Under the pieces are notes generated by a model, which was given only the letters and a program-made list of their open reading frames with translations, did not search any database and had not been told where the DNA came from. The position numbers were made by a program, and so were the translations under genes. A stretch of 64,000 bases of DNA from Selaginella moellendorffii (taxonomy: Eukaryota; Plantae; Lycopodiophyta), in contig NW_003314330.1 in the NCBI RefSeq assembly GCF_000143415.4, positions 558,001 through 622,000 of the forward strand, in the 5' to 3' direction. This document shows, piece after piece, positions 38,963-50,669 of the stretch (position 1 is the first letter of the stretch; every line of letters starts with the position of its first letter).

Positions 38963-40770
38963 GAGAGGGTGAAAGCCCAAAGCGTTCGTCTCCCAGACCC
39001 TGAGGGGTTTGGTGAGCTCCAAAAGTATAGTAAGGGGGAGGACTGCAGTGGAGCTAATTTGGCTAGGAAAGGTCAGTTTGGCCCAGGAAGGCTGTACCTA
39101 GGTGTTGGGTGATGAGCTGACTACTGGGAAGTCCAAGACTAGAGTGAATACAGACCGACAAGTGGGGTAGTTTAGTGAAGTATTCAAGAGCCGGCTCTAG
39201 TTCCCCCAGGAGATCAACTGGCCAATGCTCCCAGTCTAAGTGTGGGTGGCACTACCTACTTGGATACCTAGCGTGGCTCAATAGAACCTCGCTCTAAGCC
39301 CATGGTTAGAGCACCCAAAGGCGGAAGGCGGGGAGAGTACCCATGAGGCCCGCGTAGGGCCACGGTGTTCCAAAATGTTGTCCCAAAGTCTCAGACTGTG
39401 GAAAGGAAGTGGAGTAGCCCTCTGGTATGGCGACCAAGGACATAGTTACATAGTGAAGAAGTCCCAAAAGATAGCAAGACTTAATGGTTGGGCCTGTGGG
39501 CCTTGATCCATTGGCAGTGTTGGCAAACACGGCCATGGACAGAGAGGGACTTGGTGGGGACTGGAAAAAGGGTATTGGAAAGGGCTAATCCCCATGTTTG
39601 TGTGCATCCTAAGGATGCTAAGGAGTGGATCTGGGATGATCACTCATAGATGGATGGCCCAGTCCTTGAGAGACGAGACTGTGATATAGATGGTGTTAGA
39701 CCACCGGTGCAACCAAGGTGAAGGGGCATAGCCTTAGTGTAACAGGCTGATATATTAATGGTACCTTGGGGTGTCAGTCATAGGATCGGACACATGGAGC
39801 ACTTGGACCAAGCGCAATGGTTGAGTGGCATGGATGCCATTCCTGGGGCTAGCAAGTCCCTCGGTTCAAAACAGGACTTACGGAGGTTGTGAGTGAGACT
39901 CCTCTAAATGGTTGGAAGTGTGGTTAAGTAACTAAAGTAGAATGGAAAATTTAATTGCTTATAGCGAGATCTAGACAATGCAAAAAACTAAATTTAAACC
40001 AAAATCCTTAAGGGAAGAACAAAAGAAAAGAAATGGAAAAAGCTAAATCTAAACCAAAATCCCAAATTCAACCACTCTTCAGGGACAATCAAAGGTCTCA
40101 CCTCCACCAATGTGAGTGCTTGGAATATGGAAAGGAATATAGAAAATGTGCATATCAATTAGCCTAAAAACCTTAGCTTATATACAAGAGCGAGTGGTCC
40201 GGATTGAAACCAATTCGACGGCTACCAAAATTCCATTACGCTAATATTAGTATACAGCATCGTAGCCGTACACTTGGCCCTCACATGGTTAGTAAACTAT
40301 TTTTTAAAATACTATTGTTTAATCAAATACTGCATATATTATCATAGTTTTTCTGATAATGAGTTAAATTGTAAATAGCTAAGGCTATATATAAAAATAT
40401 AATATGTACTTTATTGTTAAAGTTGTTTAATGTTTTTGTATTAACACTTGAAGCTTTAATTATGGTTTTACACATTTATAAAATTAAATCAACCCACATT
40501 TGATATACCATCACCTAGTGTTGAGTTTTATATATTTTAATGATATTTAGATAGGTCATCTGTACAGAATATAATCTTCTTATTATATTTGTAAATAATG
40601 TAAAAATTAAATTATAAAAGTTAATTTTGACATAAACTATTCAAATATTATAATAATTTATAGAAAAGAATATTTTTATGTAAATTTGATTATTTTATTC
40701 TTAAATAATTAAAAATAAAGTTATTCACATAAAAAATATTCACTCTCTTGGGTAACCGGTTAAACAAAAT

Positions 40771-41230
40771 TTAAATCTCTACTAGTTTAGGATTTTGATT
40801 TGATGATGCCACTAAAAGACATCCATAATCTATCAACTCAACGAAATGGGTTTTGGGATTGTAAATCACTCCATTCCATTCACTAAAGAGTGAAGCACAA
40901 AAAACTACATTGCATACATTCACTAGGCTAGCTAGCAAAGCAACAGCACCACTCTTCGTTAAAATTACATTGCCTTCGTCCACTACAATCATAACTCTTA
41001 CTTTAGAACGTATCAGAAAGGCCACACATTTAGAAATCATTGAAAGGCTGGCTGTGGCAGGGAATTCTTGTGCAAGTCTCCATAACAAAGTTGCTTCCAA
41101 ATTCTCACAGGGCTTTTGAGCATCAAGGAAAATCATGTGGCGGCCTTCCTGAGAAAGGTATCTCACAGCGGCATGGTGGACTTTCCAGTGCCGGCTGGTC
41201 CGAAGATATACATGCCTTGCCTCTCATCGC
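40771..41230 (-). pseudogene. P-loop NTPase fragment (Walker A plus Walker B), frameshifted
   Basis: Minus strand 41213-41170 reads GMYIFGPAGTGKST; the next frame (ORF 40771-41166) has RVMIVVDEGN. Confidence 0.6.
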
Positions 41231-42299
41231 AACTCAGAAATTACACCCTCTTCCGGTGCTACTTCTGGGTATCCGCAGATGAAATCGATCAGCCTTCCTT
41301 GCCCATACAATGGCAAGGGATCAAGTACAGGCCAATCTTAAGGATCCTAGCAAAGAAATCTAGAAAAAAATCACTTTTTATTTTCCATGCTAGAACTCTT
41401 CTCTTACCTTGGAGGTGAGGATTGTGGCGTCCTGTTCCAAGAAGAGAGTCATGTGGCTTGTGAGATTGAAGCATCTGGTGAGCTGATTGTTGTGCCTCCC
41501 AGCTCGCCAAAGCTGCCAATGTGATCGATCGCCTTCTGGAATGCCTTGGTGTTAAGTGTGATCCCATCAATCAGTCCCCAAAAATCAACAATGGAGAAAA
41601 TGTGTGGCTGTGCCATACCAGCCTGCTCTCCTCGCTGTTGCATCCCTAGATAGCCAGCAAGCAATCACCGAGCAGGAATAGCAATGGCGATGCATTCTTC
41701 ATAATGCTTTCTTTGCTCAATGGTCAATACATTTGCATGTGACATGTGTCGCAACACCTTCTTCCCTCGCCCCAAGCAGCTTGGCTGCCTCCCATTAGCC
41801 GAGAGCATTAGCATGATTATTTGCTAAGATGTGGTTAAAAAAATAACCCTTTTACAGTTACCTCTATCTGACGCTTGCCATTGGCTAGATCTGGCAGCCC
41901 AGAAAGTTCGGCACTCCCTCATTATGATAGATTGAGGGAACCCCTCCAAATAGTAATATTCTTAAAATATTCTTAAACACTCCCACTTATAACAGCTGTC
42001 TAAATTGGTTAGAGCGATTTTTTATCATAAAATATAAAGAATTCTGTAACTCACTCACTTAAACAGATTTTAAAAATTAGAAATTAGTGAAAATGTAAGT
42101 TACAACCATCCTGGATTAGAAAATTCCACATCTAACCTAAATAAAGTTATAATACTAACAATAATTAAAGGCTCAATGTTTCAACATCTCAAGCCTTTTT
42201 ATCAATCCAAGTTTTTTTTCTTCTTTATCTTAGGCAAGTTGGACAAGATTGAGGCATTGGCAGAGTCGTATTGGTAGATTTTGTAAGATTAGTAAGGGA

Positions 42300-42362
42300 A
42301 ACATACTTAAAGCTGGAATCAAACAATGACAGCCCAAGTTTAGATTAATATCAGCATGAACC
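42300..42362 (-). pseudogene. 3' end of second CVNH-like gene, split by a 2.35 kb insertion; continues at 44712-44748
   Basis: VHADINLNLGCHCLIPA here and LTADCKKTNGAM at 44712-44748 are contiguous in the duplicate at 50670-50760. Confidence 0.65.
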
Positions 42363-42566
42363 GAATTCACCCACCTGCAAATCCAGAGCTCTTTCAGAAA
42401 AAAAGAAATTTGGGAAAGAAGAGCCAGCAAACAAACTAACTTGAAAGATGTCTTGAACCAGTGGAGCAATTGAATGAGAAAAAAATGCTTCTCTTCTTCT
42501 TTGGTTGGCTGGATCTTCCCTTCCTTGAGAAGAACAAAGAAAATCAAGGAAGAGGAAGAAACAAGC

Positions 42567-42755
42567 GGCCTCGAGCTCGCCCATCCCGACGTCCTGGGAG
42601 TTCACGAGCTCCACATATGGTCCGTGACCATGGGCAAAGTTTTGCTGTCGTGCCATGTCGCTGTGAAGCACGACGCTGATGCCGACTTGGTTCTCCAGAG
42701 ACTGGTCGAGTACTGCGACCGGGATGTCGAGAGAATGGATGTGGATCATGTGTAG
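42567..42755 (+). pseudogene. C-terminal fragment of a CDF/MTP (MTP1-type) metal transporter
   Basis: DVLGVHELHIWSVTMGKVLLSCHVAV..DADLVLQRLVEYC; no upstream TM domains. Confidence 0.75.
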
Positions 42756-43017
42756 AAAAATCTCTTTTTTTCACTTTTTCTTGAGCGATATGACACTGAG
42801 GTGAGGAGTAAGAAATGCAAGACTACTATGTAGCCAAAATTTATATGATTGTGCTGGTTAAGGTGGTTATAATAAGCGTTGATTGGGTTATCAGAAACCA
42901 TTTTTACCGAACATGGCCATGCCATACATGGCTATTCCATACAAGGAAATCTATTCCATATTATAAAACCGGAGAATACCACAATCGTAGAAGTAAGATA
43001 GAAGTTCTAGTTGAGAG

Positions 43018-44326
43018 ATGGAAGCATTCAGGGTTCTTGTCATTGTTTTGGTTGCATGCATCTCGATATCCCAAGCTGCTAGCACGAATCCTCCAGTACA
43101 AGGCCTGTTTGTTTTTGGGGACTCAGCGTTAGATGGAGGACAGAACACGTACATCCCGGGCTCCAAGATTGTTAGCGCAATTCCACCATATGGAAAGACG
43201 TACTTCAGCAAGCCAACAGGGCGTTGGACGGATGGTAGAACGATTGCTGATTTCCTGGCTCAAGCACTAGGCCTTCCATTGTTGCCACCTTTCCTCGAGC
43301 CTGGCGCCAACTTTTCCAGTGGTGTGAACTTTGCATCTGCCGGTGCAGGCTTGTTAGATGAAACGAATGCCCATCAAGTACGTATACTCCTGTATTCCCC
43401 TCAGAATTAGTTGATTTTGATTCATTCTTTTTATCAGGGAGTTATTTCAATGAAGCAGCAGCTGCGCCAGTTTCGCAACGTCACAAATGAGTACAAAAAA
43501 GGGAAGGGTGTGGAGTTTACGAACCAGCTCTTGCGCAATTCAGTGGCATTGTTTAGCATGGGAGCTAATGATATTGCTAATGCTGTTCCCAGCTCATTCT
43601 TGTTCCAGGAGATGATACAAGCATATTCAAGTGCTATTCAGGTACTCAAGTATTACATTCACTAACTTCAAAACCTTTGGATTTCTCTTTTGATTTATAG
43701 GAAATTTACAATTATGGCATTAAGCATATCATAATTCTGCTAGCACCACCAATTGGGTGTACTCCTAACTTGAGAGCAGTATCAGCACAAAGCAGGAATA
43801 CCAATTTAACTCCAGAGGGCTGCATAGGAATTATTAACAATCTTGTGGATTCATATAACACTAAACTCTTGAATCTTGCTGTCAAGTTACACAATGACTA
43901 TCGTGACTTGAACATTGCAACATTAAATCCATCTCCAATTATAATGAACGTGCTAAGGAATCCTGAAAAATACGGTAAGAAACACTAATTATCTCTCCAT
44001 TCTATTCATTAATATTTGTGTGTGTTCATCTAGGTTTCAAAGAAGCAGAAAAGGCATGTTGCGGTGGGGGGCCATTTAATGCAGCAGAATTTTGTGGGGA
44101 TGCTGATAAACATGATTGGAAGCCAGATCACAAAAATAAATACATTAAATTCATATGCAACAATCCTAAGGATTACTTATACTTTGATAGCAACCATTTC
44201 ACTGAAGCTGGTTATTGGTTTGTGATGAAGAATTTTTGGCATGGATCTTACAATATTGCAAGACCCAGCAACCTCAACTTCTTTTTTCAGGGGTTTAACA
44301 TTCCAAACCCACCCTCAGCACCTTAA
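43018..44326 (+). CDS. GDSL esterase/lipase, secreted, 4 exons (~43018-43377, 43438-43641, 43701-43974, 44034-44326)
   Basis: Signal peptide; FVFGDSALDGG, PTGRWTDGR, GVNFASAGAG, MGAND, PPIGC, ACCG and FDSNHFTE (DxxH); GT-AG introns in phase. Confidence 0.93.
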
Positions 44327-45215
44327 AAGTTTGTAATTTTTTTCTTATAAAACATTTCTTTTAGATGAAGCTTACCACATGTATCAATGTCCTTAACATT
44401 AACAACCTCATGCAGTGGAAGGTTGAAAGGATTTTAAAATCAATCTTTTAGATTAAGAAAAAGAACAAAGCTGAGGCACTGGATTAAGGTTTTACTCCGA
44501 AGGGGGTTCTAATCCCACTCTCAACACTAGTTCGTGATGATAAATAGTTTTGATCGTAAAAGTTGTAGGCAATGGTAGGTAAAACAAATGCTGTTGTTAA
44601 TTGTGAATGTAAAAGTCTATGGAGGAAAGGTGGAACCTCGACGTTTTTACAGTCTCTCTTACGGCCGCAAATTGGAGCCTGCGTCAATGAGAGAGTTTGA
44701 GGGTAAACACGCATGGCTCCATTTGTTTTCTTGCAATCTGCAGTGAGTGGAGCGTCGCAGGAGTCCCTCCTCAAGATTGAGAGCAATGGTTTTTGTGGGG
44801 AGAGCTGGACAAAGCAACATGGATAAGCTATGGAGCACGGATAGGGGGCAATTAAGATGCTGAAGAACCTCTCAGGTGATGATAGGGCAGATGATCATCC
44901 AAGCGGCAAAACACAGGCTGCTCCATCAGAGGAGCAGACCCCTTCACGACAAAGGCATATTCCACCCTATTCATTTGTGCTGGGATAGGGGAGCGAAGTT
45001 GGCATTGGAGTGCTTCTATTCTCATGCACATAATCCATAAAGGTCATGGAATATAGGTCAAAGTGTCTTTTTCATGGTTTACATTTACCCTTATTAACAG
45101 ATAATTAGATCTTTTTCTTACGCGGAATCGAACCTGGACCAAGTCCCTCCTAGGGTGGAGGGAGCTATGGGAGCTGCCACAGGGGCAAGAGCAGGCGCAG
45201 GGCTGGGGCGCCGCG

Positions 45216-47355
45216 ATGGCGAATTCTCGCAGCGCTACCCGGCGGCGGCGGGAGAGCGGCGCATTGGCGTGTATGATCTCCGCCGAGGTAGGCGCAGTGC
45301 TGGCCACAATGCGGCGCAACAGCCGCTGGGCCGGGAGGTATGAAGAGCAGCTGGATCACTCCCTGATCTATTCCCTCAAGCTCCTGAGGCGATCTATCTT
45401 CAGCTGGACGAAAAAGCCCTGGAATTCCATCAATCCCTGCCTCTACCTCGCGCCTTTCCTGGATGTGGTGAGATCGGACGAGACAGGCGCCCCAATCACT
45501 GGCACGGCTCTCAGCGCGGTCTACAAGATCCTCACCTCGGATGTGTTTGATCTCCGGACCAGCCATGTCGACGAGGCGATGCATGCGATCGTCGAGTCCG
45601 TGACGAGCTGCCGGTTTGAGGTCACGGATCCGGCGTCCGAGGAGGCTGTGCTCATGAAGATCTTGCAAGTTCTTCTGGCTTGCATTGGCGGTGATATGGG
45701 GGCAGTGCTCGGGCACAGGGATGTTTGCAACGTTGTCAACACGACCTTTCGGGTGGTTCATCAGGCCGGGAACAAGAGTGAGCTCCTCCAGCGCGTGGCC
45801 AGGCACACCATGCACGAGCTCGTGAGAGCCATCTTTGGGCATCTCTCCAGCATGGATCCTCTCGCCGGGAACAATGGTTTGCTTGTTCCATGGAGCAACG
45901 TCGAGAACAATGTCGGTGTTGTAAGTTCCTCGTTCTCCTCTTTTTTTTCTTTGCTTGGTTTGTTTCGTTTGTTTTCTTCCTCTTGTCCGCTGTGAATTCT
46001 TCTTTCTCTTTTTGCTGAATTTCTAAGACCGTCCCTTTCTTCTTTGCTCATTTCCAATTGACTTTTACAGTTTCCTCTCGATCGTCTCTTTCTCTCTTTT
46101 TTATTCTCATTTTTTCGTTTGCACAGATTCGCTATCATCAAGGACTACAGCAGCAGCAACAGCAAATCTTGTCTCATCTAAGTCTTGGTTTGTAGAAACT
46201 CTTTGTTTTCTCGTATGATTTTCACGAGCTTTTCTTGCTTTGCTTTTCTTTTCTTCTTTGTGTATAGCGCAACAATGTGGACTTGTTAAGAAGCCCAGAG
46301 GGGAGTTGACGGAAGAAGAGTGGCGAATCGCTCGCGAGCAGTCGATGGCGAGGAGGGACGCACTGCATGGCTGTCCAATTTGTCACGAAATTTTTATTCG
46401 TGGAGACCAGGTAAGTAAGTGGTCTCTTGCAAAATGGCCACAATCTTTAGTTTTCTTTTATTTTCTTTCTTTCTTTGCAGCTTTTACTCAGCTGCTCTCA
46501 TATCTTTCACAAGGTTTGGAGCTCTTCACGGATGGTCTTTTAGTGCCACGGAAATCACATCAGGGTGCCAATATTTGCAGCAATGCTTGAAACGTTTTGA
46601 GAAGTTCTCAAGGCAACGCTGCTGCCCGGTGTGCCGGACCGAGCACTATCAAACCATGGCCGTGAGGATACCATCGACTTTGTACAAGAACTTCTTTGCA
46701 ACAAGGCATGGAAATTCCTTGTTGCTTTTATGATCAAAGCGAAGTGTTTTTTTTTTTTTCCGAAGGATACAGACGGCGTACAGGGCTTACAAGTGTCGGA
46801 GAGACTACGCTGAGTACAAATGGAGACATCCACCTGAAGATCCAGGCAAACGAAAGGAATGGTTTGCAAAAAAGGTAGTTTTTTTCTTTTTGCATATTTC
46901 TTTTCTCTCTAACCTGTGTGAGCATCAGCTTGAATCGGCTTCAAACAGACTGCTGGATCAAATGGCTGTAGACGAAGACAATGTGAAGCTCCTCTTGGCC
47001 AGCATCGACAACACTCTGGCCAGTAGTAAGCAGATTTACGATGTTCTTGGCAGCAGAGATCAAACGAAGGAGGTGGACAGTTTAAATCTTACTGAAGAAA
47101 GCGATCTTAATTGGCACCAAGTGATCGAAAAGGTACGTTCTTTCTTGCATCTATCTCAAGCTTATCATTATTTTCCAGGCTATTGAGAGATATGACATTG
47201 ATCGTTCCATTTGCATAATGCCGCTGCAAAAGGATGGAGGATCCAACCTTAGCCTGCTCAGCTGCAGCCACTTATTCCATAGCCATTGCATCTCGGAGTT
47301 TGAGGCGTTCCATGCATCGGCAGAGCTCTTATGCCCGATTTGTAGAACCATGTAA
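45216..47355 (+). CDS. Putative chimeric gene: GNOM exon 1 (DCB domain) spliced to RNF32 exons 3-9, predicted 518 aa
   Basis: Exons 45216-45920, 46127-46187, 46268-46410, 46481-46513, 46581-46705, 46766-46874, 46929-47132 and 47179-47355 total 1557 nt, open to TAA. A phase-0 donor meets a phase-0 acceptor. Expression unknown. Confidence 0.55.
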
Positions 47356-47841
47356 AAGAGGTTCGACTTGTAGCAATTCGATACTCAGAAAGAAAACACT
47401 CCTTTTGACATTTAAGAATGAGAAATTACATGACTTAACAGGAACTTCAAACTTGGCTGATAACCAAAATTTAATTCAGGATTGGTTGACAAGCAAATTT
47501 AATTCTGGCTTGGAACGTGAAAAGGTGGTCCTGGGATGTGAAATGGTGGAAAACTGGAAGGAGGGAAATGGGAACCAGGGTGAAATGGTGGAAGATGGCC
47601 GGTCCTGGAATGAAAGGGGGAAAATTGAATGGTGGGAACTGGCCACCAGGTGCTCTTGGAATAGAAGGGGGAAAATGAAATGGAGAAAATATGTAAATGG
47701 CAACATTAATGTTATAATAAACAACCATGAAAGAAAGAAAGTAATATAGCTTTCTTGCATGATAATATAGTTATAAAAATAAAAGAATGAAAATGCAACT
47801 TAAATCATATCAATATAGTTATAAAACTTAATTTTGAAGCT

Positions 47842-48136
47842 TGAGAGATGGGATTGTGATGCAAGTGGTGTTAGACCACCGGTGTGACCAAGGTAAAGGG
47901 GCATGGCCTTAGTGTAACGGGCTGATATGTCGGTGGTACCTTAGGGTGTCAGTCATGGGATCGGACACGTGAAGCACTTGGATCAAGTGCAAAGGTTGAG
48001 TGGTGGGGACGCCATTCTCGGGGCTAGCAAGCCCAAGTCTGAAATAGGACTTATGGAGGTTGTGAGTAAGACTCCTCCAAGTGGTTAGAGGTGTGGTTAA
48101 GTGACTAAAGTAGAATGGAAAATTTAGTCGCTTACA
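47842..48136 (+). mobile_element. 3' fragment of the 1.7-kb LTR family (cf. 33647-33944)
   Basis: GATGCAAGTGGTGTTAGACCACCGG...AATTTAGTCGCTTACA. Confidence 0.85.
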
Positions 48137-48519
48137 ACATAGTTTTTACCTATAGTGATTTACTATAGGATAACCATGAAATAAAATTTAAACCTTCTAT
48201 GTGCCATGTGTCATATGCCACATGTCTAAGGACAATAGTGTGGAACCTAAGTTTCAAAGCCTTGGGCTACTAAATGAAGGAATGGAGCCAAACTCCTAAG
48301 CATGTAACAAAGGAGCGAAGGTACTAAAGCACATAATGACTCTCGAGCATATAGCCCAAGGAGTGAAAAGACAAAAGCACAAAGTGATTTAGAATAGTCT
48401 TAGAACATCCAACATCCTAATGTTAGAATCAACATGTCAAACGGAGCTAAATAAAATCTCCCCCCCCCCAATTTGAACATATCAATGGTCTGAGGATAGG
48501 GGTATTCCATTAACTAACA

Positions 48520-49238
48520 TAGTGTGGAGCTTGGGTTTAAACCCAAGCTAAACATAGAACAAAGATATACATATAAGTAAAAGTTAAATTATACTTTAGA
48601 TTAGTTAATCATGCCTGATATACCCACTATCCCTATTATACATTTGGAAAGCACCCCCCCACCATCCCTTTAGGAACACGTTTGGGCCTTCACCTTTAGC
48701 CACCTTTAATACCAGGAGTTAGTCTTTGGGACTAATTCGAAACTTACTAAATATGGAATTGCATTAATTTGTGAATTTTGGCATGGGATGAACACCATTG
48801 TGTTTAGGACAATTTTTACATTCCGTAGATATGCCAAATTAGCAAATCTAAACACTTTCCATAAATAGCAATTAAAACCAAATAGTACTAACACAATGTG
48901 CATAATAGCAAGGGTGTTTGGCAAATACAGTAAGCTATCATCCAATAATATTAAGGGACTAGTCTCAATATGAAAGGGTTTTTGTCAAGCTAGTGCAAGA
49001 TAGAACAAAAGAGAACTAAGAGCTAGGCCAAATATGCTCAGTAAGAAAACATAAAAATTCTTACCTGATGTTCATTTGGCTAAATATAGGTGATAAGCCT
49101 AGTTTATTAACACTTAAACAAAAGGAACTAATAAAAGGTCCAGTAATACTAAATTCCTACCGTTGTAGCAGTAAAGAAAGAATATTCAAAAGGACTAACC
49201 GATAAGTAACTTTTAATACCTACAGTCACATTTGCAAC
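48520..49238 (-). mobile_element. Degenerate fragment of the chromovirus LTR (cf. 27622-28300)
   Basis: AGTGTGGAGCTTG..., GAACACCATTGTG, GGTGTTTGGCA, ending GTCACATTTGCAACA. Confidence 0.8.
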
Positions 49239-49954
49239 AAAGATAAAAAGTTAACTAATGAATATCATTGTTATTAGATATTGCTTACACTTTGGACTTG
49301 CTAACTAGTTTAAAAATTCATTTAATGTTCCATATAAACAAGTGTAACATGTTTACACTCTTGTGATATCGTAGATAAATTAATCATCCAAATCTTAGAG
49401 ATTGATGTTAAGAATGTTAGTCTAGCCAATATATTTGCTTTAAGGTTAGTGAAAATACATTGCAAAAAAAATTAGAAATTATACATAGATGAGGCTATAA
49501 TGGGAAAATATGTAACACGTTTGGATTAAGAGCTCTTGATGGAATGGTGGAATGTGGCTTGAGGGTGGCCAAGCATATCCTGGATGGTGAGGAGATGCAG
49601 CATGAGGAACCTGAGTTTGTAAGCTTTTTCCTGCTGAATCAAGTAGAAGAGCATGCTCCTTCAGCAACGTTCGGCTGCCACTCACTTGCAATGCATTGAG
49701 AAAGATAAACACTTTAAAGATAAGCATTGAAATGATTTGAAAAGCCATCACAACTCAAATGCTTTCATCTAATCACTCAATTTATATTGGAGTCCAATGA
49801 GTTTAGACCACTAACTTAATTTGGCTATTATTATTTGATTATTTGGTTGTTCCAAATTCTACTCTTTATTGATCCTGTTTTATTATTCTAGATATGATAT
49901 TGATTATAATTCCCCTACTAAAGGATGGAGCTAGATATATCACTAGAGATATAC

Positions 49955-50356
49955 TTAAACTGGGATCAAACAATGACAATAATCTATCCTCCAGCCAGAG
50001 TAGAAGTTTAGATCAATATCAGAGTGAACCATGGTTCCATGTTTCTTCTTGCAATCCTCATTGAGCACTGTTTCAGACATGGAAGGATTGGAACGTGAGT
50101 GGAGTTCTTTGAATCCTTCTGTAAGGTGTCCATCATCGTTTGTAATGCATTAGTTTGAATCTATAAACGTCGCCTTTCCCTTTGCCGCTATCTTCTGGGT
50201 GGGCTTAACAAACTTAAAATCGGAGCATTTCTCCAGCCCACCACATCCCTGTAAGAATTTTGTTACCACTGGATTAAATAGCGAAGTGAGAACCACGTGA
50301 AGTGCCATGGCAGTGAAGCTATGGAGCACCAGCAGAGTTACAAAGAGTAGAAACAT
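49955..50356 (-). pseudogene. CVNH lectin gene with a single in-frame stop
   Basis: MFLLFVTLLVLHSFTAMALH..GCGGLEKCSDFKF..ATFIDSN*CITNDDGHL..HSRSNPSMSETVLNEDCKKKHGTMVHSDIDLN; TAA at 50150-50152 where the paralog at ~20280 has GAA. Confidence 0.72.
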
Positions 50357-50669
50357 TTTTCCTGGGCGACGACAAAGAAACTTAAGAATGATCAGGTAAG
50401 TCACCAGGTTATAAGCATTACCATCTAGGCAAATTTGCAATAGTTTGACACATGGTACAAAAATCAATAGTTAGAACCATCCTGGATTAGAAAATTCCAA
50501 ATCTAACCTAAATAAAACTATAATACTAAAAATAATTAAAGGCTCAATGTCTTGATCTCAAGCCTTTTTATGAATCCAAGTTTTTTTTTTCTTTATTTTA
50601 GGCAACTTGGACAAGATTGAGGCATTAGCAGAGCGGTAGATTTTGTAAGATTAGTAAGAGAAACATACT

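Larger units (their letters stand above)
32266..39963 (+). mobile_element. Large LTR element without intact ORFs (LARD-like/non-autonomous), ~1.7 kb LTRs
   Basis: LTRs 32266-33944 and 38249-39963 (TGTGAGAC...GCTTACA/GCTTATA); PBS TGGTATCGGAG at ~33948; purine-rich tract before 38249; near-TSD GGGAG/GCGAG. Confidence 0.85.
26483..40285 (-). mobile_element. Ty3/gypsy element with short LTRs hosting nested insertions
   Basis: 175-bp LTRs 26483-26657 and 40111-40285; PPT complement at 26658-26672; PBS TGGTGGAGG (tRNA-Ala-like) next to 40111. Gag ~31483-32150, protease ~30650-31130, integrase C-terminal part 26690-27431 (DWDGYL, RWKGLY, VHVQRLK). Confidence 0.88.
47500..49748 (-). pseudogene. Duplicate Pro/Phe-rich peptide gene broken by a ~1.85 kb insertion of LTR debris
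   Basis: 5' half at 49537-49748 (MAFQIISMLIFKVF..HIPPFHQ), 3' half at 47500-47687; ~80 bp of the middle is missing. Confidence 0.8.

Noticed and set aside
45216-45995. Stand-alone 259-aa GNOM-like ORF (and 51636-52445)
   Set aside because: The tail after NVGV is read-through into the intron (GTAAGT donor); the real structures are spliced.
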